Positions 31,776 through 41,367 are shown, numbered from the stretch's first letter. The stretch is 64,000 nucleotides of DNA from Deinococcus sp. (GCA_965261005.1 OZ253375.1:768001-832000); one strand, 5' to 3'. Notes: generated by a model from the letters alone, not told the origin. Numbers and translations: made by a program.

Positions 31776-32854
31776 AGCCGCTTGTACCTGCCGCCCGGCA
31801 GCTCCTCCACCAAGTTCCGCAGGCGCAGCAGCATCAAGGCGCCCTGCAACTCGGCCGCGTCACCGCCCAATTGCTCGGCCAGGTCGTCGAGCAGGCGCGG
31901 CACACCCAAGGCGGCGTGGACGCGCGCCAGTTCCGGCGGCAGCACGGGCGCGGGCACGGGCGCGGCGCCGCTCCAACCGAGTTCGGCGAACACGTCCTGC
32001 GCCCCCTCGCACAGGGCGGCCCCCTCGCGCAGCAGCTTGTGTGGGCCGCCCGAGAGCAACTCGCCGGGACGGCCCGGCACCGCGAACACCTGCCGCCCGC
32101 ATTCCACGGCGGCGGCGGCGGTGATCATGGCGCCAGAGGTGACGGCGCCCTCGACGATCACGCTCGCAGCCGACAGGGCCGCGATAATCCGGTTCCGACC
32201 CGGAAAATTGTGCGCGGCCGGCGAGGTCCCGATGGGATGTTCGCTCAGGACGGCCATGCGCGCCGCGAGGGCGCGGTTTTCGGCGGGGTACACGATGTTG
32301 ACCCCGCTCGCCATCACGCCGATGGTGGGGGCGCCGCCCTCCAGGGCCGCTTGGTGGGCGGCGGTGTCGATGCCGCGCGCCAAGCCCGAGACGATGACCA
32401 CGCCCGAGCGCGCGAGGTCCAGGGCCAGCTTGCGGGTGAAGGTCAGCGCGGGGGCGCTGGCTTGCCGCGTGCCCACAATACCGACCGCGCGCGGCACCAC
32501 CGCCAGCTCGGGCAGCTCGCCGCGCAGCCACAGCACCGCCGGCGGGTCGCTGAGGGCCTCCAGCGCCGCCGGGTAGCCGTCCAGCCCGCGCCCCAGCAAG
32601 CGGACCCCCGACTTGACGGCGCGCTCCACCTCCAAACGGGCGCGCGTCAGCGTCTCCGGCGCCCCGACCTTGCCCGCCGAGCGGGCGTCGAGGCCGGGTA
32701 CCTCACGCACTTGCGCCGGCGTGGCGTGGAGGGCCGCCCCCGCCCCGCCGAAGTGCCGCCGTAAGCTCTCGGTGCGCAGCGGCCCCAGCCCCGGCGTGAA
32801 GCGCAAGGCCAGCAGGGCGGTCAGTTCGTCAGTCTGGGCGTCAAGGAGCGTCAT
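31772..32854 (-). CDS. dprA: DNA-processing protein DprA
   Basis: PGLGP, DPPAVL, IVGTRQAS, VSGLARGID, FPGRNRII and VPG motifs. Confidence 0.95.
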   Translation of the reverse strand: MTLLDAQTDELTALLALRFTPGLGPLRTESLRRHFGGAGAALHATPAQVREVPGLDARSAGKVGAPETLTRARLEVERAVKSGVRLLGRGLDGYPAALEALSDPPAVLWLRGELPELAVVPRAVGIVGTRQASAPALTFTRKLALDLARSGVVIVSGLARGIDTAAHQAALEGGAPTIGVMASGVNIVYPAENRALAARMAVLSEHPIGTSPAAHNFPGRNRIIAALSAASVIVEGAVTSGAMITAAAAVECGRQVFAVPGRPGELLSGGPHKLLREGAALCEGAQDVFAELGWSGAAPVPAPVLPPELARVHAALGVPRLLDDLAEQLGGDAAELQGALMLLRLRNLVEELPGGRYKRL

Positions 32855-32897
32855 AGGTGGCAGTGTAGCGGGGGCGGGGGCGCTCACCGCGCGCACA

Positions 32898-33881
32898 TCA
32901 GCGTGGGGCCGGGGGCGGCGTCCAGCCGAACACCGCCACGCCGGAAAAGCCGAGGGCGCGCACTTGGTCTGTCTGCTCGGACAGCGCGGCGTAGCCCTCC
33001 CCCACCCGGACGCCCGGCCACACCGAACCGTTCCGCGCGAAGCCGAACAGGCCAATCGGGTACAGCCCGCTCAATTCCCGTGGCAGGTAGAACATCGGCA
33101 TGGCGACCTGAAGGCCGCGCCAAGCGCGCCAATCTTGCAGCGGGTCGTTGCCTTGGTACACGGCGGCGCTGACCAGGCCGCGCCCGCCTGCGCCCCGGTA
33201 GGCGGCGATCAGGCGGTTCGCCAGGGCCGTCACAGCGTCCCGGCGCAGCGCCCGCCAGCGCTGTACGTTCTCATCGTCCCCCGGCCGCAGGGTGCGCGCG
33301 TCCAGGCCGGTGTGGTCCTCGAAGACCCTGAGCAGCGCCGGGTCGTAGCCGAACTCGGCCTCGCGCGGGTAGCGCAGGTAGTCGAGGTGCAGACCCGCCG
33401 CCGGGTAGCCCAGCGCCACCTCACGCACCAGCGCCTCCAACACGTTCCCCACCCCCTGCTCGGCGGGGCTGACGAAGCCCAAGTCGCTCAGCTCCAAGCT
33501 GGTCTGTCCCGCCGCCGTGCGGGTGGCCCACGCGTCCCGCCACAACGGCGTCACCGGCACCCCGAACTTGGCGGCCGGGCGCCAGTACAGCGTCTCGAAC
33601 CACACGTTGACGTTCAGCCCCTCACGCTGGCCGACCTTGAGGGCCGTGTCGAGGGCGTCGTATCTCGTCTTCATGGGCGCGACCCGGCTCGGCCAGATTG
33701 CCGCGCCGTGATAGAAGCCCTCCAGCAGCACGTCGGTGAAGCCCGCCCGCTTGGCGGCGACCAAAGTTCGCTCCAGCTCGGCGGCGCTGCCCGGCGGGCG
33801 CAGCCAGAAAGCAGTACGGGCGGGACCAGTAGGGGCGCAGGACGTGAGCAGCACGAGCAAACAGGTGAGCAGTGGGCGCAT
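32898..33881 (-). CDS. Lipoprotein, glycosyl hydrolase-like 10 (GHL10) family
   Basis: Lipobox LTSC; GLNVNVWFE and GLHLDYLRYP motifs. Confidence 0.75.
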   Translation of the reverse strand: MRPLLTCLLVLLTSCAPTGPARTAFWLRPPGSAAELERTLVAAKRAGFTDVLLEGFYHGAAIWPSRVAPMKTRYDALDTALKVGQREGLNVNVWFETLYWRPAAKFGVPVTPLWRDAWATRTAAGQTSLELSDLGFVSPAEQGVGNVLEALVREVALGYPAAGLHLDYLRYPREAEFGYDPALLRVFEDHTGLDARTLRPGDDENVQRWRALRRDAVTALANRLIAAYRGAGGRGLVSAAVYQGNDPLQDWRAWRGLQVAMPMFYLPRELSGLYPIGLFGFARNGSVWPGVRVGEGYAALSEQTDQVRALGFSGVAVFGWTPPPAPR

Positions 33882-33948
33882 GGCCCAGTATCGCAGTGTG
33901 CCGGGGGAACGGTCTTTTCTTCCTGTTCTGCTACTCTGTTTCTCGCCT

Positions 33949-34300
33949 GGGGACGATCCGGTTTCGACGGAAGTGCTCGATGGCGATGTGGCGAGCCGAG
34001 GTGCCGTTGGCCTCGTTAAAAAGCGGCAAGCCATTTAACTGGCAACCAAGAACAAACTCTTGCTCTCGCTGCATAAGTGAGGCCGCGACCGTGAAGCCCG
34101 GCCATTGGCGTCACGCAAGCGAACAAAAGATGGCTAGTCAAAGCTGACGTCCCGTAAGCTTTGGCGAAATGAACGGGAATGGGTCTGAAGGCAGCGCGTT
34201 CGTGGGCGGCCCAGGACCGACATAAAAAGCGCGAACTACGCTCGTAGATGCACGCCGGACAGGTTTTCGGATGGCGGTTCGACTCCGCCCGTCTCCACCA
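33949..34300 (+). ncRNA. ssrA: tmRNA
   Basis: 5' GGGGACG..GGTTTCGAC; 3' GGTTCGACTCCGCCCGTCTCCACCA; tag ORF GNQEQTLALAA* at 34041-34076; TGnTACTCT promoter upstream. Confidence 0.96.
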
Positions 34301-34302
34301 GC

Positions 34303-34332
34303 AAGCGCCCCGCACATGCGGGGCGCTTTTAT
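34303..34332 (+). terminator. Terminator after ssrA (probably bidirectional)
   Basis: AAGCGCCCCGCA/TGCGGGGCGCTT stem followed by T-run. Confidence 0.8.
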
Positions 34333-34345
34333 TCACTCCTTTGCT

Positions 34346-37300
34346 CTAGTTACACAGCTCGGCTTGGCACAGCTCCATCTCAGCATACTGACGTGGCTTC
34401 GTGCCGTTGGCCCGTACCTGAATCTTCATGGTGACGGCGCCGCCCGAGATGTAATAGCCGCCGCTCCCCGCGCGCAAGGCTTCCAAGCTGGCGACAGGCT
34501 TGAGGGGAGTAGAGGAGCGGAAATGGTCGCGGTACACGAAGGGTGTTCCGCTGAAGGGAACGCTGACGATCACCCAGTCGTCGATCTGACGTCCCTGGAT
34601 GGACACCCGCAGCTTGGCGGGCGAACCGTTGCCAAAGCGAGCAGCGTAGCTGCGCCCCAGCATGGTCATGGCGTAAAACTGATGGTTGGGACCGGGCTTT
34701 GGCACACCCCACAGCTGAAAGCTGGGCTGGTTGCCGTCTCCGCGTGTGACCTTGAGGCCGCCCAATTCGGACAGCGTGTTTGAGAAGTTCTCGAAGTGGA
34801 CCTGCGTGTAGGTGTTGTCGCAGATTTGGGCGTTCCAGTCGGGCTTGGCGCGGCAGTGAGCGTCCACCAAGAACGGGTCGTTCATGACCACGCTGGTGCC
34901 CGCCGTGCCGGTCACGCTGCCGTCGAGATCTTGAAAGACCGCCGCGCGATAAGAATCCTCGCTGCCCTCACGGCCAGCCACCTTTTCGCCTCCGGGATCG
35001 CTGCGCGACTCGAAGAAGGCGGGAGTCGCGTTCACAAACTTTGCCTGCGCCGCGTAGTTCTGGGCGTTGATGGAAAAGGGCGTGAAACGGTTGTAGGCCA
35101 GGGCGCTGGCCTGCCGCTGCGCGTTCGGGGCGAAGTTGACAAAGGTCACGCCCCGCGCGCCCACCTTGCCGTCGTAAAACTCGAAGCCACGAATGGGAAA
35201 GCCGGGGCTATAAGGCATCGGCAGGCTGCGCCCACCCACGCCCTTGGTTTCGTAGCTTTTCGGCTGGCCCAGGTTGGCACTTTCGCCCACCATCAGGCCG
35301 CCCGACATCTCGGTGTTGCTGGCGGCAAAGGTCACGCCGCGCGCGTTGTCGGCCAAGGCCGCGTCCTTCAGGGTCAGGTTGGTGCCGCGCAGCCAAACGC
35401 CACGCTGGCGGTTTTTGTAGGAGGTCAGACTCTCGAAGGTGGCCGGCGCCGAGGCGGCTGAGGGTTGGCCTTGGGCGCGCGGATTGTAGCGCGTGACTTC
35501 CTTTTCCCCAGTGACACTGTTGGGGCCGTTATCCACGTTGAGGCCGACATTGCCGTTGGAGTGCGTCACATTGCCGACGAAGCCGCCCAGCGGCGTGAGG
35601 CGCGGCCAGACGTTCGCGCCCGCCGCCGCCGACAAACCGAGCGGGTGCTCGGGCAGGGCGTACCAAAAGCCGGTGCCTTCTGAACCGCCCGCCACGTTGC
35701 CGCGCAGCACGTTGGCCGGGTTGGTGATCCAAAAGGTCGCCGGGTCGCTGTCGGTGGGCAGCAACTGCACGCTCTTGTCGGGCCTTTTGGTCAGCAGCCC
35801 CAAGTTTCCCGTCAGCGTGTTGCCCGTTTCCGCGCCGTCCTCCATAAAGTAGCAGTGCCCAACGGTGTTGTACGCGACGTTGTTCTCGATGTTCAGCTTG
35901 TTGGTGCCGTGAATGGTCAGGCAGCGGTTGTACAGGTCGTGCAAGCTGCTGTTCTTGACATAAGACGTGGGGGCGTCGCCCATCATGTGAAAGTGAATCG
36001 GGTAGCGCCTCACGAACCCCTGCTGGCCCATGTGGGTCAGCTCCACCGACGACAGCCGCCCTTGCGCGCCCATCATCAGCATAATCTGCCCGCCAAAGCT
36101 GGTCTCAACCGAGCTGTCGTCGCCTTGCACCACCACGTTGTGGGTCAGCAGGCCCACCTCGGCGCGCTCGTCGAGGGCCTGGCCGCTCAGCGTTTGCAAG
36201 TCGCCGTAGTGCCCGTTCTTCAGAGGCGCTTCCAGCGTCACGACCGCGCCACTCACGCTCTTGACCGTCGCCGTCTCGGCTTGGCGCATGTCGTAGTCAG
36301 TCGAGGCCAGCACGATCCGGTCGCCCGGCTGCCAATTCGGCGCCGCCGCAAGGGTGAGCTGAGCGTCCCCGATTCGCACGCTCTTGGCGAGCCGGGTCCA
36401 GTTCAGGCGCGGCTGGCCGTGCAGTTCCAAGGTGCCGCCCATCACGCCCAGCACCTTGTTGCCCATGTTCATGCCGGTCGCGTCGATGTCGCCTCCCGCA
36501 CCGGTCAGCGTGATGACCGCCTTGTGCCCGAAGGGGGCCGTCTCGCCGCCCACCTGCAGCTTGCCATGCACCAGAATCCACTTCGCGCTCAGGTTCAGGT
36601 CCTTTTCCGCAAAAGTCAGCGTGCCGTCCACCTTGAGGCTGCCCAGCTTCACGTCCCGATCGAGCACCACCGTCTTGCCCGCCGGCACCGTCACGTCGGC
36701 CCCTTCGGCCGGTACTTGGCCGCCCCACGTCGCCGGATCGGACCAGTTCTGTCCGCCGCCAGCCCCGCAGCTGAGCCGCGCGTCCGCCCAATCGGCGTGG
36801 TCCCACCAGTTGTTGTCACCGGCGTCACTCACCACCAGCTTGAGCTGCTTCACGCCGCCGAGCGACACGTTCAGCGGCTTGGCGGGCGTGTCCGAGTGCA
36901 TCACGCCGGAATTGAACAGCTCCTTGCCGTCGCCCATCACCTTGAACACGGCCGAGCCGTAGCCCTTGGCCCGCATCTCCGGGGTGTACCATGCTTGCGC
37001 CTTGATCTCGTCGTCGAGGCCTACCTCAGCGCTGAGGGCGGAACAGCGGCCGTCCAGGGTGTAGGTGACCTCGCTGCCCGCGTGGACGCCCAGCCCTTTT
37101 TGATACGTCTTGCCGCCGATGCTGAGGGTATGTCCGTCGCCGGCGGCGATCTCGCCGTTGCTCTTGTCCCTTTCTATGGGTCCCCAGCCGCTGCTGGCGC
37201 CGCTCCACGCCAGCGCCGAAAGCGGCGTGTCCCCGGAGACGGTGAGCGGCTGGAGGGTTGGCTTGGCGTCGCTCCAAGGATGGGGGCCGCTCAGATAGGG

Positions 37301-37417
37301 ATTCTCTGTCGCGGGCGCGGCGGGCTGTTTCGGCCCACCACAAGCGCCCAGCGCGAGCGTCAAGCCGAGCGCGGCGCAGGCGAGCGGCCAAGGACGTGGG
37401 GACAACGGTGCGGTCAT
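34346..37417 (-). CDS. Lipoprotein with NPCBM + G8 + beta-helix domains (TMEM2/CEMIP-like)
   Basis: GGAGG RBS; lipobox LGAC; NPCBM; G8 (WSDPATWGGQVP); DERAEVGLLTHNV, MGQQ..RYPIHFH, RCLTIHGT, GHCYFMEDG, TFWITNP and RGFEFYDG motifs. Confidence 0.82.
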   Translation of the reverse strand: MTAPLSPRPWPLACAALGLTLALGACGGPKQPAAPATENPYLSGPHPWSDAKPTLQPLTVSGDTPLSALAWSGASSGWGPIERDKSNGEIAAGDGHTLSIGGKTYQKGLGVHAGSEVTYTLDGRCSALSAEVGLDDEIKAQAWYTPEMRAKGYGSAVFKVMGDGKELFNSGVMHSDTPAKPLNVSLGGVKQLKLVVSDAGDNNWWDHADWADARLSCGAGGGQNWSDPATWGGQVPAEGADVTVPAGKTVVLDRDVKLGSLKVDGTLTFAEKDLNLSAKWILVHGKLQVGGETAPFGHKAVITLTGAGGDIDATGMNMGNKVLGVMGGTLELHGQPRLNWTRLAKSVRIGDAQLTLAAAPNWQPGDRIVLASTDYDMRQAETATVKSVSGAVVTLEAPLKNGHYGDLQTLSGQALDERAEVGLLTHNVVVQGDDSSVETSFGGQIMLMMGAQGRLSSVELTHMGQQGFVRRYPIHFHMMGDAPTSYVKNSSLHDLYNRCLTIHGTNKLNIENNVAYNTVGHCYFMEDGAETGNTLTGNLGLLTKRPDKSVQLLPTDSDPATFWITNPANVLRGNVAGGSEGTGFWYALPEHPLGLSAAAGANVWPRLTPLGGFVGNVTHSNGNVGLNVDNGPNSVTGEKEVTRYNPRAQGQPSAASAPATFESLTSYKNRQRGVWLRGTNLTLKDAALADNARGVTFAASNTEMSGGLMVGESANLGQPKSYETKGVGGRSLPMPYSPGFPIRGFEFYDGKVGARGVTFVNFAPNAQRQASALAYNRFTPFSINAQNYAAQAKFVNATPAFFESRSDPGGEKVAGREGSEDSYRAAVFQDLDGSVTGTAGTSVVMNDPFLVDAHCRAKPDWNAQICDNTYTQVHFENFSNTLSELGGLKVTRGDGNQPSFQLWGVPKPGPNHQFYAMTMLGRSYAARFGNGSPAKLRVSIQGRQIDDWVIVSVPFSGTPFVYRDHFRSSTPLKPVASLEALRAGSGGYYISGGAVTMKIQVRANGTKPRQYAEMELCQAELCN

Positions 37418-37597
37418 GCATCCTCCAGCTTTAATATTCACGAGAAGTCGGGTAGTCGGAAAGCGGCGCTTCTGGGCCGGCGGGCAGACGCCGCGCGGCG
37501 GTTTAACTCAATACCAAGTTTCTCACATACCATTCAGCTTGGCAATCAAGAACGTAGCAGGTTATACAGTTAGACGAAGGCGGCGCGGACGCTCTTA

Positions 37598-37732
37598 TAC
37601 AGCTTCCGGAAACCCCGTCAACTTCGTTGACGGGGTTTCCAGCGAAGCGGACGGAAAAAAGATATTTCCCTCTGCGGTCTGGAGCAACGTCGGGCGTTCT
37701 TTCCGCTGTTGAGGAGGTGAGCGGAATCCGTA
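37598..37732. mobile_element. 135-bp MITE-like structured repeat, copy 2
   Basis: TACAGCTTCCG...CGGAATCCGTA, flanked by TTA/TGA; aligns end to end with copy 1. Confidence 0.8.
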
Positions 37733-37788
37733 TGAGAACGGACGCTTTTGAGATTGGTGTCGTTCGGCGCCGCGCGCTAGCTTGAAGC

Positions 37789-38052
37789 ATGACCGGCAAA
37801 CAAGGCCTCGCCTTTACCCTGAGCGGCGTGGACGAGCTGACCTTTTTCAAGATACTGGGCGACGTGACGCGCGATCCCGTCTTCGCACGGCCGCTGCAAG
37901 TGGCGGTGCAGGAACCGAGGGGGGGGCAGCCCGGCAAGCTCACCATCGCCTTTGAGGAAGGGGACCGAACGGCGGCGGTGCGCGCCATGCAGCGGCTCAA
38001 GACGGTGCTGCTGCGCTACGGGGTTCAGGTGGACAGCGTCTCGCCGCCTTGA
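37789..38052 (+). CDS. Hypothetical protein
   Basis: 87-aa ORF with host-like codon use; TAGCTT 5 nt before ATG. Confidence 0.65.
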   Translation: MTGKQGLAFTLSGVDELTFFKILGDVTRDPVFARPLQVAVQEPRGGQPGKLTIAFEEGDRTAAVRAMQRLKTVLLRYGVQVDSVSPP

Positions 38053-38197
38053 GTATGATGACGCGACGCGACCGCCCGCACGGGAGTGGTCAGCGGCCGA
38101 AACCAACCGTCGGCAACTTGCGCTGTAAGCGGCGCAGCCGCGCGGGCGCCTGAGATCACTTCCGGGCGCTCCGCCGAAAGGTAGTCATGGAATTTTC

Positions 38198-40807
38198 ATG
38201 GAAGTAGTGACGCGCGTTCCCCCTCACTCCAACGAGGCCGAGGTGTCGGTGCTCGGCTCCATTCTGCTCGACAACGACGCCTTGGTACAGCTGGGGGACA
38301 CCGTCGGCGCGGAGATGTTTTACCGCGAGGGCCACCGCAAGATCTTCACGGCCATGCGCGGCCTCGCGGACCGGGGCGAGCCGGTGGACCTGGTGACCTT
38401 GGCCGAGGAGCTGACCATGCGCGGCCAGCTCGACGAGGTGGGCGGCCTCAGCTATCTGATCGGCCTCTCGGAGCACGTCCCGACCAGCGCCTACGTCGAG
38501 ACCTACGCCCGCTTGGTGCAGGAAAAGTACACCCTGCGCCAACTGATCGGCGCCAGCGGCAAGGTGATGCAGCTCGCCTACGAGGGGCAATTGCCGCTCG
38601 AAGACCTGCTCGACCGCTCGGAAAAGTTGATCTTCGAGGTCGCCGAGCAAAAGCAGGGCGGTGACGTGCAGGCGATGGGTCAGGTGGTCCACGAGACCTT
38701 CGAGTACATCACGCTGCTGCACAACAACAAAGGGATTCCCGACGGGGTGGCGAGCGGATTCCGCGACCTCGACGAGCAGATCAGCGGGATGCAAAAGGGG
38801 AGTCTCAACGTGCTGGCGGCCCGGCCTTCTATGGGAAAGACGGCCTTCGCCCTCTCCATCGCGCAAAACGTCGCCCTGCGCGGCGAGGGCAAGGCGGTCG
38901 CCATCTTCAGCTTGGAGATGCCGGCGGTGCAGCTCGCGCTGCGAATGCTGTGCAGTGAGGCGCGGGTGGACATGAACCGCATTCGCAGCGGGCAGCTCAA
39001 CGAGCGCGACTTCGAGCGGCTGGCGATGGCGGCCGGGCGCCTGGCCGACGCGCCCATGATCATCGACGACGAGCCGGAGCTGACCCTCAACGAGCTGCGC
39101 AGCAAGTGCCGCCGGGTACAGGCCCAGCACGGCGGCCTGGGCTTGATCGTGATCGACTACCTGCAACTGATGAGCGGCAGCAACAGCCGGGGCGGCGGCG
39201 GCGAAAACCGCCAGCAGGAGATCAGCGCCATCTCGCGCGGCCTCAAAGGATTGGCGCGCGAGCTTGAAGTTCCGGTGATGGTGCTGTCGCAATTGTCGCG
39301 CGCTGTGGAGCAGAGGCCGAACCATAGACCGATGCTCTCGGACCTGCGCGAGTGCGTGACGGGCGACACGCTGGTGATGCTGGCGAACGGCCGGCGCGTG
39401 CCGATCAGGGAGTTGGTAGGCGAGCAACCGCGCGTGCTGGCCGTGGAGGGGAGCGGCAAGGTCGTGGAGGCGGACAGCGACCTCGTCTGGGAGGTTGGTC
39501 AGCGGCCCGTTCTTGAACTGCGGACCCGCAGCGGGCGCGCTCTACGCGCGACCGCCGGGCACCGGGTCTACCAACTGGGCGGCTGGACCACGCTGGGCGA
39601 GCTGAAGCCAGGCGACCGGCTGGCCCTCGCGCGCCGTCTGCCCGAACCTCAAAATATCGGTGAGAACTGGAACGACGACCGCCTCGCGCTGCTGGGCCAA
39701 TTAATCAGCGACGGCAGCTATCTGTCGGGCCAACCGCTGCGCTTCACCACGGCGTCGGAGGAGAACAGCGCCTTGGTGAGCCGCGTGGCGCAAGTTGAGT
39801 TCGGCTCGACCGTGACCCGCTACGCCGGGCGCGGGGCGTGGCACCAGCTTCTCATCAGTGGCAACAGCACCCGCTGGAGGCCGGCGGGCGTGAACGCCTG
39901 GCTGCGCGAGCTGGGCATTTTTGGGCAGCGCTCCTTTCAGAAGCGCGTGCCGGGGAGCGTCTTCGCGCTGGGCAACGCGCAGGTGGCCGTGCTGCTGCGC
40001 CATCTGTGGGCCACCGACGGTTGCATCCACCTGCGCGAGAATGGGCCGGCGCGGGTCTACTTCGCCACGGGTGGCGAGGGCCTGGCGCGCGACGTGGCCG
40101 CGCTGCTGTTGCGCTTCGACATTGTGGCGCGCGTCCGCACGGTGCGGCAGGGCGCGTACCGCCCGATGTTCACGGTGGACGTGTCGGGAAGCGAGCAGCA
40201 GCGCCGCTTCCTGGAACAGATCGGCGCCTTCGGGCCGAGAGAAGAGGCGGCGGAACGCTTGCTGGCGGAGCTGCGAACGGCGACCGCCAACCCCAACGTG
40301 GACACCCTGCCGCGCGAGGTGTTCGGCCGGGTACGGGAGCGGATGCGCGAGCGCGGCGTGACGCAGCGGGAGATGGCGCGCTCGCGCGGCATCAGCTATG
40401 GTGGCGCGGCCCACTTCAAGTTCGCGCCGTCCCGGGAGGTGGTCGCCGGCTACGCGGCCCTCTTGGAAGACGACCAGCTGCGCGCCCTGAGCGAGAGCGA
40501 CCTGTTTTGGGACGAGGTCGTCAGCCTCACGCCGTGCGGCGAGGCAACGGTCTACGACCTGACCGTGCCCGGCCCGGCCTCGTGGCTCGCCGACGGGCTG
40601 GTCTGCCACAACTCCGGCGCCATCGAGCAGGACGCGGACATCGTCATGTTCATCTACCGCGATGAGTACTACAACAAGGAGACCGATCAGCAGGGTATCG
40701 CCGAAATCATCATTGGCAAACAGAGAAACGGCCCGGTCGGCACGGTGAAGCTGCAATTTCACAGCGCGCACGTCCGCTTCAACGACCTCGCGCCGGAGGG
40801 CGCGTGA
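38198..40807 (+). CDS. dnaB: Replicative DNA helicase, intein-containing
   Basis: PPHSNEAE, AARPSMGKT, IDYLQLM, LSQLSR and DLRE/SGAIEQDAD motifs. Confidence 0.97.
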   Translation: MEVVTRVPPHSNEAEVSVLGSILLDNDALVQLGDTVGAEMFYREGHRKIFTAMRGLADRGEPVDLVTLAEELTMRGQLDEVGGLSYLIGLSEHVPTSAYVETYARLVQEKYTLRQLIGASGKVMQLAYEGQLPLEDLLDRSEKLIFEVAEQKQGGDVQAMGQVVHETFEYITLLHNNKGIPDGVASGFRDLDEQISGMQKGSLNVLAARPSMGKTAFALSIAQNVALRGEGKAVAIFSLEMPAVQLALRMLCSEARVDMNRIRSGQLNERDFERLAMAAGRLADAPMIIDDEPELTLNELRSKCRRVQAQHGGLGLIVIDYLQLMSGSNSRGGGGENRQQEISAISRGLKGLARELEVPVMVLSQLSRAVEQRPNHRPMLSDLRECVTGDTLVMLANGRRVPIRELVGEQPRVLAVEGSGKVVEADSDLVWEVGQRPVLELRTRSGRALRATAGHRVYQLGGWTTLGELKPGDRLALARRLPEPQNIGENWNDDRLALLGQLISDGSYLSGQPLRFTTASEENSALVSRVAQVEFGSTVTRYAGRGAWHQLLISGNSTRWRPAGVNAWLRELGIFGQRSFQKRVPGSVFALGNAQVAVLLRHLWATDGCIHLRENGPARVYFATGGEGLARDVAALLLRFDIVARVRTVRQGAYRPMFTVDVSGSEQQRRFLEQIGAFGPREEAAERLLAELRTATANPNVDTLPREVFGRVRERMRERGVTQREMARSRGISYGGAAHFKFAPSREVVAGYAALLEDDQLRALSESDLFWDEVVSLTPCGEATVYDLTVPGPASWLADGLVCHNSGAIEQDADIVMFIYRDEYYNKETDQQGIAEIIIGKQRNGPVGTVKLQFHSAHVRFNDLAPEGA
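39353..40612 (+). mobile_element. 420-aa intein with LAGLIDADG homing endonuclease in dnaB
   Basis: Cys1 (CVTGDT), block B TAGH, LLGQLISDG and LLRHLWATDG motifs, VYDLTV, terminal His-Asn followed by Ser+1. Confidence 0.95.
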
Positions 40808-41367
40808 CCGCCCCACCCCAACGCCGCCGGCGCCGCCGTGGCGGCAAGCCCGCCGCCAAACCGGCCGCGCCCGCCAAGATCGCCTCGCCTACCCTGCGCA
40901 TCGGCGTGGGCGTGATCGTGCTGCGCGGCGACACGGTGCTGCTGGTGCGCGAGCGCGGGCGCTGGAGTTTGCCCAAGGGCGGGCTGGAGCCGCAGGAACT
41001 GGTCGCCGACGGCGCGAAGCGCGAGGCGCTCGAAGAGACCGGCTTGGAGGTCGAGATTCGCGACCTGGCCTTCACCTTGGAGTTCCACGCGCAAACCTGG
41101 GGACACCACCTTCAGTTCTTCTTCTCGGCGCGCGAGCTGGGCGGCGAACTGGGGCCGCAGGACCCCGACAAGGAGGTGCAGGAGGCGCGCTTCGTGCCCA
41201 TCCGGGAACTCCGCGAGTACGTGCGCTTCCGGCCGCGCCTGTTGTCTTTGGAATCTTGGCTGAAGGAGCGGCGCGCCCGCCATTACCTTTATGACCTCGA
41301 CAAGGAGCCGGCCATGCTGCGTCCCAGACGGCGCGTGACCGTGGTCCCCGGGGGCGACAAGGGCTGA
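40804..41367 (+). CDS. NUDIX hydrolase
   Basis: LPKGGLEPQELVADGAKREALEETGL Nudix box. Confidence 0.92.
   Translation: MTAPPQRRRRRRGGKPAAKPAAPAKIASPTLRIGVGVIVLRGDTVLLVRERGRWSLPKGGLEPQELVADGAKREALEETGLEVEIRDLAFTLEFHAQTWGHHLQFFFSARELGGELGPQDPDKEVQEARFVPIRELREYVRFRPRLLSLESWLKERRARHYLYDLDKEPAMLRPRRRVTVVPGGDKG

Noticed and set aside
34300..37790. Genomic island integrated at the ssrA 3' end
   Set aside because: No integrase and no duplicated ssrA 3' fragment was seen; the G8 gene has host-like composition
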